Shown here one piece after another: positions 47,729-57,646 of a stretch of 64,000 nucleotides of DNA (position 1 is the stretch's first letter; each line of letters starts with the position of its first letter). The notes under the pieces are model-generated. The model made no database searches and had not been told where the DNA came from. It saw nothing but the letters and a program-made list of their open reading frames with translations. The stretch is from the IMG/VR virus record IMGVR_UViG_3300028800_000097, positions 733-64,732 of that record, one strand, 5' to 3'. Position numbers and translations under genes: made by a program. The stretch is from a virus. Lineage: Duplodnaviria > Caudoviricetes.

Positions 47729-48010
47729 GTGATGCCGCGCTACCCCTGTCCGATTTGTGGAGACCCCAACGCCTTCCCGTTGTGGATCGACAGCGAGCCT
47801 CCTGCGACATGCGCGAACGATCCAGCTTGGCCGCGTCGGTCGCTTCACAGTATTTGCTCCGTCCAGATACAGCGCGCCAAGCAGGCGGCAGAACTGCGGC
47901 GCATTACGCCCGATGCCTTCGACGACAACGGCACGATGATACCGGGCCAGTCCGGGCGCGCATGGCACAACTGGATCAACGCCAATCCCGACAAGCCAGT
48001 TCTGATATGA
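47729..48010 (+). CDS. Cys-containing hypothetical protein
   Basis: GGAGG SD; CPICG. Confidence 0.55.
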   Translation: MMPRYPCPICGDPNAFPLWIDSEPPATCANDPAWPRRSLHSICSVQIQRAKQAAELRRITPDAFDDNGTMIPGQSGRAWHNWINANPDKPVLI

Positions 48011-48029
48011 ACCACACAGGAGACCAACC

Positions 48030-48302
48030 ATGAACCGCACCATCGCCATCGCCGCCACCCTCGCAGCCCTCGCCGGTTGCACGCCGCAGACTGCCACCGA
48101 CGCCGTCGCGTGCGCCGCTGCGGTTCAGGTCGCGATCTCTACGCCGCCTGGCATGACTGATGCACAAAAGGGCGTAGCTGCCGGCCTCGCTGCTGCCAGC
48201 ACTCCGGCTTGTGTTGGCCTGTCCGCCGATGCGGTGGCCGCGATGGGGCAACTCAAGACGGCGACCCCGAGTGTCGCAGCGGTCAAAGCCCCGAAGTCGT
48301 GA
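48030..48302 (+). CDS. lipoprotein (possible o-spanin)
   Basis: MNRTIAIAATLAALAG|C lipobox; AGGAG SD. Confidence 0.7.
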   Translation: MNRTIAIAATLAALAGCTPQTATDAVACAAAVQVAISTPPGMTDAQKGVAAGLAAASTPACVGLSADAVAAMGQLKTATPSVAAVKAPKS

Positions 48303-48621
48303 CGGCCGCCACCAAGGCCTGATGGCCCGAGCCCACCTCGAAATAACCGGCGGCCTGATCCGCGTCGGCCCCGACGATTGGGCGTTCGGCAGCGCCGCAG
48401 TGGATTATGACTTCAGCGTGGATCTGGTCGGGACGGAGGGGATCGCGATCCTGAAAGGCCTGACCTACCGCGGCTTCATGCCCCAGCACGGGGCGGCGAT
48501 CCGGAGTGTGCTGCGCGAGCATCGTTTCGAGTTCTACGGGCGCCATCGGCATGTCGGTGGGCGCCCTGCGGGGCTGAAGCTGTTCCGGCTGTAGCGTCGT
48601 CATAAGCCTCTGCCCGTGATC

Positions 48622-48813
48622 TCACCCATTGGATTTCAACCTAGACGCCACCATGCGGATCAACTGAGGCTCGCCCCCAAGGGTGCGCTCGGCCTCTCTC
48701 TCGGCCTTGCGCATCGCCTCGGACAGCTCACCGTCCACTTCCAGCACCGCCCACTTCTCGTCACGGAAGAAACTGAACTGCGTGTGCCAGGTCGTCACCG
48801 AGATGCGTTCCAT
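48622..48813 (-). CDS. hypothetical protein
   Basis: last ORF of the leftward operon. Confidence 0.5.
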   Translation of the reverse strand: MERISVTTWHTQFSFFRDEKWAVLEVDGELSEAMRKAEREAERTLGGEPQLIRMVASRLKSNG

Positions 48814-49193
48814 GGCTTGAAGTCCAGGAGAACCTCCGGACGAAGCCAGTCCCACCGCCCCTCAAACTTGATGCAGCGGTCGTCAATGGTGAGCCACGCG
48901 GCGGGCTTCTCATGGGCGAAGTGGAAGTCGTCTAGGCTGACCGTCTCCCCGCCATTCCACTCCTCAGTGACCCACCTGTTGTGCTGAAACGCCAACCATC
49001 GCTCCATAGCTTCGGTGCCGTCTTTCGATCGGCTGCTGTAGATGACCAGCTTGAAGTGATGTCTGGCCTGCGCCGCCCATTTGAAGAACCCAGGTGTGGC
49101 CTCTCCGTAGATGACGCCGCCCTGCCACCCCTTCTCGTAGCTGTGGATCACGCCGTCGAAATCTATGCACAGTGTCGGTGTGAAGTCCGGCAT
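48795..49193 (-). CDS. HAD-superfamily phosphatase-like protein
   Basis: [22 protein letters not shown]. Confidence 0.85.
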   Translation of the reverse strand: MPDFTPTLCIDFDGVIHSYEKGWQGGVIYGEATPGFFKWAAQARHHFKLVIYSSRSKDGTEAMERWLAFQHNRWVTEEWNGGETVSLDDFHFAHEKPAAWLTIDDRCIKFEGRWDWLRPEVLLDFKPWNASR

Positions 49194-49369
49194 CAGATCA
49201 GTTCCTTGTCCTTGGCCAACCACTCCGGCATGGCCATCGTCTTGTCGTCGACATCCCATTCACACTGGGATTTAGGCAGCCAGACCGTCCGGATACCGTC
49301 GTGGAACCGATAGGCTTTATCGGTCTCTCCCTGGACTTCGCCGGCGACGTCAACAAGGTCGGACTTCAC
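49193..49369 (-). CDS. small phage protein
   Basis: ETDKAY...VWLPKSQCE...[12 protein letters not shown]; coupled at both ends. Confidence 0.7.
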   Translation of the reverse strand: MKSDLVDVAGEVQGETDKAYRFHDGIRTVWLPKSQCEWDVDDKTMAMPEWLAKDKELI

Positions 49370-51204
49370 GTCGCGGCCTTCAGTTCAGCCTTGTAGTCGA
49401 GGAACGCCTTCTGCAACTCGGCGATCAGCGCCGTCTTGCCTTCCTCGCGCCAGCGTGCCGCCACCCGGCCAAGCACAGGGTTGCGACCCAAGGTGTCCAC
49501 TTCGTCCGCCGTCTTGGCGCTCTTCAGGCCAGACACCCACCGGTCCATCTCAACGCGGTCAGGATCGGCGCCCGGTTGATCTTCGGTCTCGGCCTTCGCT
49601 TCCTCTGCCGGCGGCGGAGCGGCTTCCTTCGCAGGTTCAGCGACCTTCGCCGGAGGCTTCAGCATCTCGGCCAAGTTCGGGGCCTGTATCTTCAGCGTGC
49701 CGGCCTGCTCGATCAGCGCCTTGATGGCCAACGGCCGCACCGACCCGGGGGCCAGTTTGACGACATCGGTGTTGGCGGCGATGAACGGCAGGTAGCCGCC
49801 GGCGGTCAGCGTCGCCACTTCATCGCGGAACATCACGAGCCACCCCTTCCAGCTATCTCGGGTGCCGGCCTTCGGCGCCTCGACCACGACAGGATCGGGT
49901 TCCTGCTGTTCCTCGGGCCGCCCGATGCCAGCTATGATGTCGCCTGCCGCTGGGCCGGTCGCCTTGGCATCGGCGATGCCGTCGGCGTTCTGCTCCATCA
50001 GGGCCTCACGGTTGCTGCTCTTTTCCCACCGCGCCTCAAGGGCGTTGGCGAACTTCACCGGATCGGTGAATGAGTCGTCACCGACAGCCTCGCCCCATTC
50101 GTCCAGCAGGAACGCCTCGAACTCCACCGGCACCGCCTCCGTGGCTGCGGCCTGCTGGGTGGGCTGCTTCTCTTCGACCGGTTGCGGCGCTTCAACCTTA
50201 GCGGTCTCAGCGGGCTTCTCAGCGGCCTTGGCGGAGGCATCCGTTTTCGCCTCGGTCTTCGGTGTGGACTCTGGTGGCGCCAGCCGCTTGCGCGCTTCGG
50301 CGAACGCCTCGGCAATCACCCCCTTGGCCTGATCCGGCGCCGCCTCCGTCGTCTTGACCACCACCGCCAGCGTAGCGAGTTCGTCAACGTCACGCAGCGT
50401 CGGGGCTTCCTTCAGCTTGCCGACCAGGAGGTTCATCCACTCCCAGGCGTTCTGCTCGCCGAACAGCGCGGCGGCCACCTTATCGAACCACGCATCGTCC
50501 CAGCCGTCCTTGGACTTCGGCCGCGCGGTGTACCAGGACTTCTCCGGCTTAGGCATCTGCCACACCGGCAGGGCCGCCTCCTCCTGCTCGATCTCAGCCG
50601 TGGCGAGGCCGCGCAGCACATCAGGGAACGCGGCATGCCATGCCCGGTGCCGCGCGCGCCACATGATCATGTCGCGAGGATACGAGGTGTGGACGTTCCC
50701 CAGCTTGGCGTGGGCGGCATCCGAGATGGAGAACCGGCCTTCGTGCGGCGACGGCCGGCCGCGGCGAATGACCACGCACACCGCCGTCAGCGCGGACCCC
50801 TCGCCCTCGAACGTCTCGCGCACATCGGCGACCAGACCAGTCCGCATGCAGAGCCCTGGCACCGCCTCGCCCCAGACCGACGGTCTGCCGTTGACCACGC
50901 AGATGCTTTCCAGCGAAGCCATAGGCGGCAGGCCGATCTCGGCGCCCTTCATCACCGCCACGATCGCGTCGTCCACCTTGCCGCGGTAGTCCTTCGGGCA
51001 CAGGCCGGTCCGCGTCACGCGCTCGGCGAAGTTCTCCAACTCCTCGAACGTGGTGATCGCGAACGGCGACGGGCGGCTGACCCGCGCCTCGACCTGACGA
51101 CTGGTCTCCTCAATGATCTTGGACAGCAGACCGGGCGATATTTCGGTGGCGGCCTGCGGCTCGCGGTTCAGCGATACAACCTTGTTGCTCTCGGTTTCAC
51201 TCAT
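49366..51204 (-). CDS. RecT/Redbeta-like single-strand annealing protein with long C-terminal extension
   Basis: LCPKDYRGK...GAEIGLPPMASLESICVVNGRPSVWG...YPRDM...FPDVLRG. Confidence 0.8.
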   Translation of the reverse strand: MSETESNKVVSLNREPQAATEISPGLLSKIIEETSRQVEARVSRPSPFAITTFEELENFAERVTRTGLCPKDYRGKVDDAIVAVMKGAEIGLPPMASLESICVVNGRPSVWGEAVPGLCMRTGLVADVRETFEGEGSALTAVCVVIRRGRPSPHEGRFSISDAAHAKLGNVHTSYPRDMIMWRARHRAWHAAFPDVLRGLATAEIEQEEAALPVWQMPKPEKSWYTARPKSKDGWDDAWFDKVAAALFGEQNAWEWMNLLVGKLKEAPTLRDVDELATLAVVVKTTEAAPDQAKGVIAEAFAEARKRLAPPESTPKTEAKTDASAKAAEKPAETAKVEAPQPVEEKQPTQQAAATEAVPVEFEAFLLDEWGEAVGDDSFTDPVKFANALEARWEKSSNREALMEQNADGIADAKATGPAAGDIIAGIGRPEEQQEPDPVVVEAPKAGTRDSWKGWLVMFRDEVATLTAGGYLPFIAANTDVVKLAPGSVRPLAIKALIEQAGTLKIQAPNLAEMLKPPAKVAEPAKEAAPPPAEEAKAETEDQPGADPDRVEMDRWVSGLKSAKTADEVDTLGRNPVLGRVAARWREEGKTALIAELQKAFLDYKAELKAAT

Positions 51205-51376
51205 TTGCGTAATCCCTCGGATTGTGGCCGTCGCGATAGCCTTCGGCGTAGGCGTCAGACAGCGGGACCGGCTCGACCGCGGCCCAACCGTTGCCAGTCA
51301 TCTGCCAGATCGTCCCATCGTCACACAGCGCGTACAGGTCGCCGTCGTGGTTGTGCAGTTGGATCGGCTTGCGCAT
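51197..51376 (-). CDS. small phage protein (ALCDDGTIW motif)
   Basis: 59-aa ORF coupled to both neighbours. Confidence 0.55.
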   Translation of the reverse strand: MRKPIQLHNHDGDLYALCDDGTIWQMTGNGWAAVEPVPLSDAYAEGYRDGHNPRDYANE

Positions 51377-52149
51377 CAGATGCTCTTGACCTCCTTGATC
51401 ACGCAGCCCTCGATCGCGCGCACCTTGTCGGACCGCACCGCCTGTCCGATCCGGGTGGTGGCGAACGCGAGGTAGTGGAGCGGCTCGCGACCCTCGACCA
51501 CCGCCTTGGCGAGCGCCATCAGGTCTGACGCCGCCTCATCGAATTGCCAGGACGTGCGGAGCGATGTCGGCCCGCCGAACTCGCCCTGCACGCGCGAATG
51601 CTGCGCGGCGGGAGCCTCGGCCTTCTCAGCCATGCGCTCGGCCTGGCCCGCGAGACCGGCGGCCTGCTCAAGCTTCTCCGCGTCCATCTTCGCCGCCGCG
51701 GCATCGAGCGCGGCCTGGGCTTCGTCGGCCTTGCGCTGTGCCTCCGCGCGCGCCGCTGCCCGTGCCTTCTCCTCGCGGTCGATCAAGTAGGGTTCGAGCA
51801 CTGCCTTGATCCGAGACCGATCGGCCTCAATCTGCTGGTTAAGTTTCGCGAAGAACGCGTCGACGGCACGACCGCCTGTCAGGAAAGGCTCTTTGGACTC
51901 GGTATGGCGGGCCTTGGACAGCTTCAGGAACGCAGCCATCGCGCCCTTCGGCCCAGCGAAGTCCGATGCCTTCCCGGCGATGTCGTCATTCGGTATCGAC
52001 GGATACGTGGTCAGGAACCGCTCGACCCCAGCCCCGATCTCGGCCTGACGGGTGAACAGGTCTTTGCACGCGTCGGCGAGGAACTCAGTGACCTCCGCCG
52101 GCGTCATCGGCTTCGGCTGGTTGTGTCCAATCCCTGCTGGCTGATCCAT
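51376..52149 (-). CDS. coiled-coil recombination-module protein
   Basis: KEPFLTGGRAVDAFF...VRAIEGCVI; typical neighbour of RecT. Confidence 0.7.
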   Translation of the reverse strand: MDQPAGIGHNQPKPMTPAEVTEFLADACKDLFTRQAEIGAGVERFLTTYPSIPNDDIAGKASDFAGPKGAMAAFLKLSKARHTESKEPFLTGGRAVDAFFAKLNQQIEADRSRIKAVLEPYLIDREEKARAAARAEAQRKADEAQAALDAAAAKMDAEKLEQAAGLAGQAERMAEKAEAPAAQHSRVQGEFGGPTSLRTSWQFDEAASDLMALAKAVVEGREPLHYLAFATTRIGQAVRSDKVRAIEGCVIKEVKSI

Positions 52150-52532
52150 TATATGAGGCTCCCTATCGGTATCGTGGCCATGTCGATCGGCTTGTCCGGG
52201 TTCGCCGCCGGGTGGCTAGGATCGTTGATCTTCGCGTGGCGCGATGCGGCCAAGCGCCAGTCGTATTGTTCCTTGGTGATCTCGCGACCGAACAGGAACA
52301 CGGCGAGTAGCGGGTGCGAAAACGCGTTCACGCCCTCCATCAGACACTCGGCGTAAAGCTCCTCCGCCGACGTGCAGTCGTAGAGTTCGAGGCTTGGCAC
52401 GCCATCGGTCGTCACCGCCCACCGCCCGCCGGCGTCCTGCGTCACATGCGCCGCAACCCACGGGTGGCGCGGGCTGCGACGGGTCTCGAAATAGCCCGTC
52501 CGTGCCCGCATGTTGGATTCAGGTCTGGACAC
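52149..52532 (-). CDS. hypothetical protein
   Basis: GGAGG SD; HPAANPDKPIDM C-terminus. Confidence 0.65.
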   Translation of the reverse strand: MSRPESNMRARTGYFETRRSPRHPWVAAHVTQDAGGRWAVTTDGVPSLELYDCTSAEELYAECLMEGVNAFSHPLLAVFLFGREITKEQYDWRLAASRHAKINDPSHPAANPDKPIDMATIPIGSLI

Positions 52533-52615
52533 GGGCGGCCTCCACGTTCCGATTGACAGTGCGTAACGGTGTGGTTAATAACCAACGAAGATTAATAAGG
52601 CAAGAGGTTTCGCGA

Positions 52616-52813
52616 ATGCCGATCGCTGAAAAAATACGGCATGTGGTCGACAAAGCTGGCGGGTCAACGAAGCTGGCTTATGCCCTCGGCCTCCGTCCGC
52701 CAGCCATCTATGGGTGGACGCGCGTCCCCAGCCGCTTTGTGGATAAAGTGAGCGAACTGACCGGCATTCCCCCGCAGGAGTTGCGGCCGGACCTGTACCC
52801 GCCTCATTCATGA
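52616..52813 (+). CDS. Cro-like (YdaS/Cro) HTH regulator
   Basis: AGGSTKLAYALGLRPPAIYGW.RVP...TGIP..ELRPDLY. Confidence 0.85.
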   Translation: MPIAEKIRHVVDKAGGSTKLAYALGLRPPAIYGWTRVPSRFVDKVSELTGIPPQELRPDLYPPHS

Positions 52814-54210
52814 ATGATCCCTCGGTCCAGCTCGGGCTCTGCCCATGCGGCGCACCGGGCGCCCTGTTCAGCCCCGGCCGTGACACGATCACCGGCCCTG
52901 GGGGCATCCTGGTAATGCGCGGCCAGCCAGCCCGCGCTACGTGCATTCCATGTTGGAACGCGCTGGCACACCCCGTCGCGCCTAGGTTACGCCCCATACC
53001 CGGTGTCCCTGGTTACTCAGCAGATTCGGACGGTAACATCGTGGGGCGCTATCAGCGCCCGATGGCCACCAAGCTAACCCCATCCGGGTATCCTTTCGTT
53101 ACTGTGCGGGTCAACGGCAAAAAGTTCTGCAAGCCAGTTCACTGGTTTGTTTGCTTGGCGTGGCACGGAGCGAAGCCTTCGGCGCTCCACGAAGTGGCCC
53201 ACCGCCAGCCGCCCAAGACCAATACACGCCCCGACAATTTGCGGTGGGCCACCAAGCAAGAAAACGTAGACGACTCAATTAAACAGAATCTGATGAGCCA
53301 CGGCGAGGCGCATTTCTTTGCCAAGTTACGCGAGCAAGATGTGCGAGAGATCAGACGCCTGCGTGCTTCAGGCGTGACGCTTTCTTCCATCGGATCAATG
53401 TTCGGTGTCGCCGAGTCCACCGTCCACAAAATCGTTTATCGGAAAGCCTGGAGACACTTGGATGAAGGAGATACGCACATGGTTGAACGGGTGAGGTCGG
53501 CGACGACAGCGGTGAGCGCCGGGTATAACGGCCCTGACAAGCCTAAATTCAACGACGGCCTGGCCGAATACACGGAGGTAAGGTTTCAGCAGATGCGCTG
53601 GGCCGCCAAGGCATCGGCGTTCAAGGCGCGGTGGGAACGAAAAGGCGGCGCATTCGAGGACATCCAATACGGGTTTGCGCAGGGAAAGCTGACCCGCGAG
53701 GAGCGTGTTGCCAAAATCAGCGCTCGCGCTCGCGTCGACGGGTGGATGGGCACTGTCACGGTGCAGGACGACGGGCAGACCAGCTTTGCGGTCACATTCG
53801 ATCAAGCCGCCCCGGATGAACTCGGCGCCGGGGGCGCCCCGCTCGGTAGCCGCCTGTCTTTGGCCCGTGCTCAAGCAGAAGGATATAACACGGGGCGCCA
53901 CGGCGGCTCGTTGGCGGACTGTGAGTTCCCTGCCGAAAGCGAGGAAGCCCACATTTGGGCGGAGGGCTACGGCGATGGAATGCGCGATCGGGTCGAGAAG
54001 GAACCGAAGCCTCCCAGGGCCAACGGCGAGGCGAAGTCAGCCACTCAGGTCATGGCCGAACTCGCCGCATCCATGCCGGTAGACAGCGGCCGGGTGAAGC
54101 CGGAACGCAAGATGGCCGCGGCGAACGATGAGGCTGAGCCTGCGGTCGAGAGGCCGGCAAAGAGGGGCGCCAGGCAGAAGGCCGCGGAGGGCAACGGCGC
54201 TGTCGACTGA
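52810..54210 (+). CDS. fusion ORF: Zn-finger, NUMOD4/HNH endonuclease-HTH, and a downstream domain with an Rmf-like motif
   Basis: PIPGVPGYS..., VHWFV...H...N...NLRWATKQEN, RKAWRHL, then in-frame GAAGGAGA-ATG at 53479. Confidence 0.75.
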   Translation: MNDPSVQLGLCPCGAPGALFSPGRDTITGPGGILVMRGQPARATCIPCWNALAHPVAPRLRPIPGVPGYSADSDGNIVGRYQRPMATKLTPSGYPFVTVRVNGKKFCKPVHWFVCLAWHGAKPSALHEVAHRQPPKTNTRPDNLRWATKQENVDDSIKQNLMSHGEAHFFAKLREQDVREIRRLRASGVTLSSIGSMFGVAESTVHKIVYRKAWRHLDEGDTHMVERVRSATTAVSAGYNGPDKPKFNDGLAEYTEVRFQQMRWAAKASAFKARWERKGGAFEDIQYGFAQGKLTREERVAKISARARVDGWMGTVTVQDDGQTSFAVTFDQAAPDELGAGGAPLGSRLSLARAQAEGYNTGRHGGSLADCEFPAESEEAHIWAEGYGDGMRDRVEKEPKPPRANGEAKSATQVMAELAASMPVDSGRVKPERKMAAANDEAEPAVERPAKRGARQKAAEGNGAVD

Positions 54211-54721
54211 GGCGCCCTGCCTACTCTCGCTTGACGTGGCCCGTCGCACCGGCGTGGCGTGGGGGAGGATAACCGATCCGATCCCCACCACGCTGGTATG
54301 GCCGCTACCGCTGAAGGACAAGCTTGATCCGGTCGGCGCCCGCATGTCCGCGCTGGATAACACGCTGTCGCGGTTCCTTGATCTACTGACGGCACAGGGT
54401 ATCGCTCCGCGCTGGTGCGTGATGGCCGAACCGTTCCAATCTAGAAACATGGGAGAGACAGAAAGCAGCTTCGGGCTGTCAGGTGTTGTGCGAGCTGAGT
54501 TGTGGCGACGGAAGATCCGTCTGATGCGCCAGCACGAGGGCACCGTCCGCAAGGAGACGCTGGGACGCGGCACGGCTCCCACCAAGGTTATGAAGGCGCT
54601 GGCCCAGCGCTGGTGCGATCTGCGTGGCATCGAGATATACGATGACAACTGCGCAGACAGCGCCGTCTTATGGGAATGGACAAGAAACGAATTGGTCAGG
54701 CAGCGGCGACTGTCGACCTAG
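54200..54721 (+). CDS. RuvC-like Holliday junction resolvase
   Basis: LSLDVARRTGVAW, E, DDNCADS; start uncertain (CTG 54200 with GGAGG). Confidence 0.75.
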   Translation: MSTEAPCLLSLDVARRTGVAWGRITDPIPTTLVWPLPLKDKLDPVGARMSALDNTLSRFLDLLTAQGIAPRWCVMAEPFQSRNMGETESSFGLSGVVRAELWRRKIRLMRQHEGTVRKETLGRGTAPTKVMKALAQRWCDLRGIEIYDDNCADSAVLWEWTRNELVRQRRLST

Positions 54722-54758
54722 GCGCGTGTGGCATTCCGCATCCGGGGTTGAAGGGTAC

Positions 54759-55295
54759 TCAGATCATTGCTGGTTCGGCAGCCCGAACCGCAGGTGTCAA
54801 CGTCACGTAGTGACCAGCGATCCCGCTATGGTAAAGCAGCGAGGCGTTGAGGTCTCCATAGGCGATCAGACAGGACGGCGCTCCAGCATTTGCTTCGGCT
54901 TTTAATCCGTTCGGTCGATGGAAGAATAGCCGGCCCTTGATAAACAGCACGCCTGACGCTCGACGCCAGACGGTCTCAAAGAACAATCCTGTCTCGGTGC
55001 GAGCAAAGATCAGCGCGATGCCATTTGCGTGCGATGCCATTCGTCGCATCCACGGCCCGACGATCGCAGGGCCGCCATAAGGAGGATTGAGCCACACCCG
55101 GCCAGTCCATGGCATCATCAGGCCATTCTCCTCACGCACGACATGCCGCGTTGCGGTAGGCCATGGACGAGGCTCAGGCGCCGCACAGGGATCGAGATCG
55201 AATGGGCCAAGTCGGTCAATAATGTCTGGGGGCGTCAACCACTCGTCGCTGTCCATCGCTGATGATTGGTGCGTGCCCATCCCATCGTGCGGCAT
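54759..55295 (-). CDS. phage Dam-type DNA N6-adenine methyltransferase
   Basis: DEWLTPP, FDLDPC, VWLNPPYG, LIFARTET, FIKGRL. Confidence 0.9.
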   Translation of the reverse strand: MPHDGMGTHQSSAMDSDEWLTPPDIIDRLGPFDLDPCAAPEPRPWPTATRHVVREENGLMMPWTGRVWLNPPYGGPAIVGPWMRRMASHANGIALIFARTETGLFFETVWRRASGVLFIKGRLFFHRPNGLKAEANAGAPSCLIAYGDLNASLLYHSGIAGHYVTLTPAVRAAEPAMI

Positions 55296-55573
55296 TATTC
55301 GTCGTCTCCCTCAAATTGGCTGTCGATCTCGTTGATAAGCTCAGAGAGCGTGCCGGCGCAGCTCACGGTTTCGCCGTTCTCAAGCTGATGCAGCGCACGG
55401 TGCGCCACTTTGCTTAGTTCCACCAGCAAGTCTTGGACCTCATTCACCCGCCGCGCATGTTCATGATTAACATCACATCTCCCATCTAGCGCCGCCATCG
55501 CCTCCACGTCGCCGTGCTGCCAGCGAAACGCGGGATCGTCGGCGCGCATCGGTTCATTTGGGTCGTCAGTCAT
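55295..55573 (-). CDS. hypothetical protein
   Basis: GGAG SD, TAATG coupling. Confidence 0.55.
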   Translation of the reverse strand: MTDDPNEPMRADDPAFRWQHGDVEAMAALDGRCDVNHEHARRVNEVQDLLVELSKVAHRALHQLENGETVSCAGTLSELINEIDSQFEGDDE

Positions 55574-55601
55574 GCTCCACTCCAGCTCCGGGGTTGAGGG
55601 G

Positions 55602-55778
55602 TTAGGCCGCGCGGCGCTTCGGAAGCAGCGCGTCAAACGCGGCGCGCGCCCCCTCTGGCGTCGAGTGGCGGCTGACGATCCGGTTGCCGTGCAACACGCG
55701 GATGTCCGTCTCGGACTTGTGCTGGATGCTGTAGGTGAAGGCTGGCCGCCGGATCTTCTGTGCGTCCTGGTTGGTCAT
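55602..55778 (-). CDS. small hypothetical protein
   Basis: GGAGG SD; MTNQDAQKIRRPAFTYSI... Confidence 0.55.
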   Translation of the reverse strand: MTNQDAQKIRRPAFTYSIQHKSETDIRVLHGNRIVSRHSTPEGARAAFDALLPKRRAA

Positions 55779-55802
55779 CGTCGCCTCCGAACTCGATGAT
55801 TG

Positions 55803-55868
55803 ACATTAAGGGCGTTTTGCTTACTGTGTCAACATCTTGTTGACAATCGACGACACATTTAATATGGT
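55803..55868. promoter_or_regulatory. back-to-back divergent promoters
   Basis: palindrome TGTCAACA-TCT-TGTTGACA (55827-45) supplies both -35 boxes; rightward TTGACA-17-TATGGT. Confidence 0.65.
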
Positions 55869-55875
55869 CATAGGC

Positions 55876-56025
55876 ATGGCAAAGGATGAACGCATAGCCG
55901 TGCGGCTAGATACTGCCACAAAGCTCGCGCTGGCTAAAGCCGCCGCTGAGGACAAGCGATCGCTGTCGTCGATGGCAGAAAAGCTTATTTCCGAGGGACT
56001 CAAGAGCGGAAAGGGCAAACGGTGA
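55876..56025 (+). CDS. ribbon-helix-helix regulator
   Basis: IAVRLDTATKLALAKAAAEDKRSLSSMAEKLI. Confidence 0.8.
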   Translation: MAKDERIAVRLDTATKLALAKAAAEDKRSLSSMAEKLISEGLKSGKGKR

Positions 56026-56099
56026 CTGTTTACATGGCGCATTGCGAGGAAGATGGTTCGGTGAAAATAGGCCACTCCCGACTGGTGCAAGCAGCATGA
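56022..56099 (+). pseudogene. possible truncated GIY-YIG (T5orf172/MUG113-like) N-terminus
   Basis: VYMAHCEEDGSVKIGHS followed by a stop after 25 aa. Confidence 0.45.
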
Positions 56100-56214
56100 C
56101 TGATTCCCAGACGACAATCCGACCATTCGGCTTTTGGCATGGGTTCGTCGCAGGCGGATTGGCTATGGGTTGGTTTGTTATCATCGCGCAGATCGCAGTT
56201 GAGAGGCTGGTGCC

Positions 56215-56520
56215 ATGAAATCCGAAACCACGACTTGGCGCGATGCCAACACGATCACCGACTGGGAGTTCGGCCAGATCGGCAGGCTTTTATGTGACCA
56301 GGCCCCGCGCGATCTGGCACTCAAAATCGTCCGGCTTGAGGGACAGCTTGAAGTGGCGCGCGAGTTGGCAGAGACCGCATCTCCTAGACTTATCAATGTT
56401 TGGAATGAACTGCGCCGAGCGTCAGATTTTGAGGGCGCTGTGATGGTGGCGCCGGATGGTGCTGTCTATCGGATCGTGAAGGCTCGATGGGAGAAGGTAA
56501 GCAACGATGCCCACCCCTGA
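56215..56520 (+). CDS. hypothetical protein
   Basis: coupled ORF in the rightward accessory run. Confidence 0.55.
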   Translation: MKSETTTWRDANTITDWEFGQIGRLLCDQAPRDLALKIVRLEGQLEVARELAETASPRLINVWNELRRASDFEGAVMVAPDGAVYRIVKARWEKVSNDAHP

Positions 56521-57126
56521 AACCACCGAGGCCATTGAACGAAGAGCGCGCGACATTTGTGAGCAATTCGGCTGTGAGCCCGATGCAGTTCTCGCGATCA
56601 ATCCTAGCAACGACGGCGCAACGTCGGCGGACATCGCAGTACCGGCCTGGCTGCACTTCAGAGAACAGGCAGAAAGGGAACTTGCAGATGAACGATAGTA
56701 AAACCCAAACCACGCTCGCGAATGAGTGGCCTCGGTCACCTAGAATGGCTTGGCGGTGGCCGTGATGGCGGCCCCTTTGGCCTTCCCGGCGTTGCCTGCC
56801 GTTCTGTTCTTCTGGGGCGGTATTCTAGTTTTCCTTGTAGGCTCAGTTGTGACAGTGGCCTTGCTGACGCGCGAACGGCGTGGCTTGGTTCAAGGGGAGC
56901 GAAAATCAATGCTGGGTCCTAAGACGACAGGCGCATCCACTGCTCCGTGGGAAGACGACCCAATACGGATGATTACGATCGAGCAGGTGACAGCGCCAGA
57001 CGGTACCGTCGGGTGGTTGTGGGCCGCCTTTGGCGAGGATCGGTGCCTCGTCCAGGGTGTGATGCCGACGCTATCGCAGTGCGTCGATGGCATGCGCCAG
57101 TTCTTGCGTGACGAAGGAGTTGCGCC

Positions 57127-57468
57127 ATGAAAGACAGCACATCGATTTCCCCAACGACCGCTCTGGAAGTCGAGTACTTCCACACGCTCCCCGGCGTTGG
57201 TCCTGCAAACGTCATGTGGCGCGACCGATGGCCGATGCGAGGCGGAACATTCCCGCAAGCGCACCCGGTCGGCGGCACGTCACTGCGCGATGGGTCCATG
57301 CAGTTCGGCACCTCGGACCAAATGGCAGCCTTCCGCGCCAAGGGTTACTGGGCGAGTTGTTTCCCGGAAGGCGACGGGATGATCGTCCAGACAGACCGTG
57401 CCGCCGGCAGCGTTGTCGACGACCTCAAGGAGTGCTTCGGATGGCGAGTGAAGATCAAACGCGCGTAA
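57127..57468 (+). CDS. hypothetical protein
   Basis: AAGGAG SD. Confidence 0.55.
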   Translation: MKDSTSISPTTALEVEYFHTLPGVGPANVMWRDRWPMRGGTFPQAHPVGGTSLRDGSMQFGTSDQMAAFRAKGYWASCFPEGDGMIVQTDRAAGSVVDDLKECFGWRVKIKRA

Positions 57469-57646
57469 ACCAAACCACGCCAACTCCTGAGCAGCGAACA
57501 GCCTTCGCGCAAGAGATAGCCGAGGACATTGCCGACGAGATGCTGTGCCCTGATGCGCCCCCGTGCTGTGATGACTGCGCATGCTGGAGGGAGGCTGCGG
57601 AGGCTGTAAGCGATGACTAGCAAACCACCACAGACGACACGCTCCC

